From an uncultured delta proteobacterium (GTDB lineage: Bacteria > Desulfobacterota > Desulfobacteria > Desulfobacterales > SG8-13): 64,000 bases of DNA. The notes beneath the pieces were generated by a model. The model was not told where the DNA came from, did not search any database, and saw only the letters and a list, made by a program, of their open reading frames with translations. The position numbers and the translations under genes were made by a program. Positions 62,298 through 64,000 of this stretch are shown one piece after another. The stretch is from the NCBI GenBank assembly GCA_963792945.1, contig CAWBYM010000001.1, positions 137,244-201,243 on the forward strand, given 5' to 3'. The stretch's first letter is position 1, and each line of letters starts with the position of its first letter.

Positions 62298-62740
62298 AGT
62301 GCCGAGAACCGTCAACCGGTTCACAGGGATCTTTCAGGACTTGGACTTTTGTTTCTGGATAAACGCCTCCAATATGGAATGTTCGGAAGGATTGAACCGA
62401 GTCGGTCGGTCAGACAGTGAAACCTTCGGCGGTGTCCCGCCTATTCAGCATATGATAAGGATATTTCCCCACGATTAAAGAGAGTTGTTGTTGCTTCTCA
62501 GTACGACCGAACAGCGAAACTCCGCACAGCGGCTCCGACGGGAGCCGAAAGCTGATACGATACCAGGGATAGGATTCGATAAGGAGGAAGCCCGACGCGG
62601 CGGGTGCAAGGCCCACAGCGTCGGGTCGGCATGGGGACCTGATATGGTGATATTTAATCCAATAGGTTGTAGTGCAAAATTATTTTATTCGATGTCGAAA
62701 AATGATCGGCCGTGTTGACAGCATTCGGTGCCGAATGACG

Positions 62741-63349
62741 TCAACTATTGTCATATATCCTTATGATCTCCCCCGTTCCTTTGCCTTCGACGCTTCTCAC
62801 GTAGCCGTTGACCACTTTTTTCATCGGGATGGGATTGTGACCGGGGAAATAGGCTTCGTATTGGTCCACGGCGTCTTCAACCAGCCCCGATGACACGGCA
62901 TTGATTCGGACGTCATTTTTCAATTCCAGCGACACCGCTTTCACGAAGCTGTGAATCCCGCCGTTGACCATGGCGGCACTTGCGGTTGACAGCACGGGAT
63001 CATCAGCCAATATCCCCGTGGTCAACGTAAACGACCCACCGGCGTTCACGTATTTTCGCCCGATTCTAACAAGATTTACCTGTCCCATCAGCTTGCTTTT
63101 TAATCCGATATGGAAGTCGGCCTCGGTCATGGATTCGAAGGTGGCCCATTTGGCTTCTCCGGCGATGCAGACGACGGCATCGAGGTTCCCGACGGCCTCG
63201 AACATGGCCTCGATCGATGGGCTGCTGACGATGTCGACCGTTACATCGCCGGATTTTCTTCCACCGATGATGATGTCGTGTCTTTTAGCAAAATGATCAC
63301 TGACCTTCTGACCGATGGTGCCTTTTCCACCGATGATGAGAATTCGCAT
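62741..63349 (-). CDS. Short-chain dehydrogenase/reductase (atypical short type)
   Basis: IIGGKGTIG, SKLMGQVNLV, RINAVS. Confidence 0.85.
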   Translation of the reverse strand: MRILIIGGKGTIGQKVSDHFAKRHDIIIGGRKSGDVTVDIVSSPSIEAMFEAVGNLDAVVCIAGEAKWATFESMTEADFHIGLKSKLMGQVNLVRIGRKYVNAGGSFTLTTGILADDPVLSTASAAMVNGGIHSFVKAVSLELKNDVRINAVSSGLVEDAVDQYEAYFPGHNPIPMKKVVNGYVRSVEGKGTGEIIRIYDNS

Positions 63350-63361
63350 ATTGTCTCCGTT

Positions 63362-64000
63362 TCATTTTTTAAAGGGTCGAATATCTTCCTGAATATATCT
63401 GTCAAGTCTCTCGAGGGCCTCGGATAGATTCCTGCGGCCGAAACCGATACGGAACGCGTTGAGCCCGGGGCCAAAGAGGGTTCCGGGAAGCAGGAGGACG
63501 CCGGTTTTTTGAACGAGGCCGGTGCAAAACTCATCGACCGGGCCGCGCAGCAGGATGGGGAACCCGATGGACCCGGCTTTGGGGCGGTGCCAGGTGAACA
63601 GTTCCGGAAGAGTTCCGAAGAAAAGGTCGAGTCGATCGAGGTTGCTGAGGATAATTCGCCGGTTTCTATCGATGATGGCCGCGGAGTGTCGCAACGCCAG
63701 GGCGGCGAGAAATTCGCTCGGAGCGCTGTTGCAGATGGTGGTGTAGTCCTTGAAAGCCGCGAGCTTTCCATAAAGCCGCTCATTGCGGGTCGCGATCCAG
63801 CCAATTCTCAATCCGGCGAGGCCGTAGGTTTTAGACATGACGCCGAGAGATACGGCGCGGTCGTTCAGGTCCGCGAAGGCGGGCAGGCGGTCGGAGGGAT
63901 CGATTTCCAGCCCGCGGTATACCTCGTCCGAGAATACGATAAAACCATGCTCATCGGAGAGCCGGGACAACTCCTTCACCAACCCGGCGCCGGGCAGAAA
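63362..64000 (-). CDS. Class I/II PLP-dependent aminotransferase, C-terminal part (runs off window end)
   Basis: SDEVY, GVMSKTYGLAGLRIGW, FRIGFG. Confidence 0.88.
   Translation of the reverse strand, partial: FLPGAGLVKELSRLSDEHGFIVFSDEVYRGLEIDPSDRLPAFADLNDRAVSLGVMSKTYGLAGLRIGWIATRNERLYGKLAAFKDYTTICNSAPSEFLAALALRHSAAIIDRNRRIILSNLDRLDLFFGTLPELFTWHRPKAGSIGFPILLRGPVDEFCTGLVQKTGVLLLPGTLFGPGLNAFRIGFGRRNLSEALERLDRYIQEDIRPFKK

Overview
A GC-rich bacterial window. Gene content suggests an anaerobic Desulfobacterota (Desulfobacterales-like) genome; this is an inference. The first ~19 kb is housekeeping: tolA(partial)-tolR-tolQ, an HD hydrolase, sdhCAB, YkgJ-recR-ybaB-dnaX, two tRNA-Ser genes, DUF1015, a tRNA m6A37 methyltransferase, DUF721/DciA, hflKC, rplM-rpsI and pxpABC. 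From ~19.4 to ~60.2 kb lies a ~41 kb type II FAS/PKS lipid biosynthesis cluster. It encodes 4 ACPs and 9 ketosynthase-family genes (three KS/chain-length-factor sets, one fused; an ApeR-like KS; a FabF pair; a DarB-like KAS III). It also encodes 6 radical SAM enzymes (4 cobalamin-binding, plus a paralogous Cys-rich pair), 2 thioesterases, 3 dehydratase-type proteins (one fused to a PPTase and frameshifted), FabG, 2 acyltransferases, 2 glycosyltransferases, a DAK2-DegV fusion, an MMPL-methyltransferase fusion, LolA, an ABC exporter, a polysaccharide deacetylase and a BtrH-N protein. The cluster mixes aryl-polyene/flexirubin-dialkylresorcinol-type parts with ladderane-cluster-type radical SAM genes. 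No darA, ammonia-lyase or acyl-CoA ligase was seen in the window. The best candidates for an undescribed system are the ACP-rSAM-rSAM-KS-KS-TE-DH/PPTase module and the B12-rSAM/darB pair. The window ends with two TRL-like lipoproteins, a Lon-N protein, an SDR and a partial PLP aminotransferase. No CRISPR array, integrase or transposase was seen. Family assignments come from motif recognition, not database searches.
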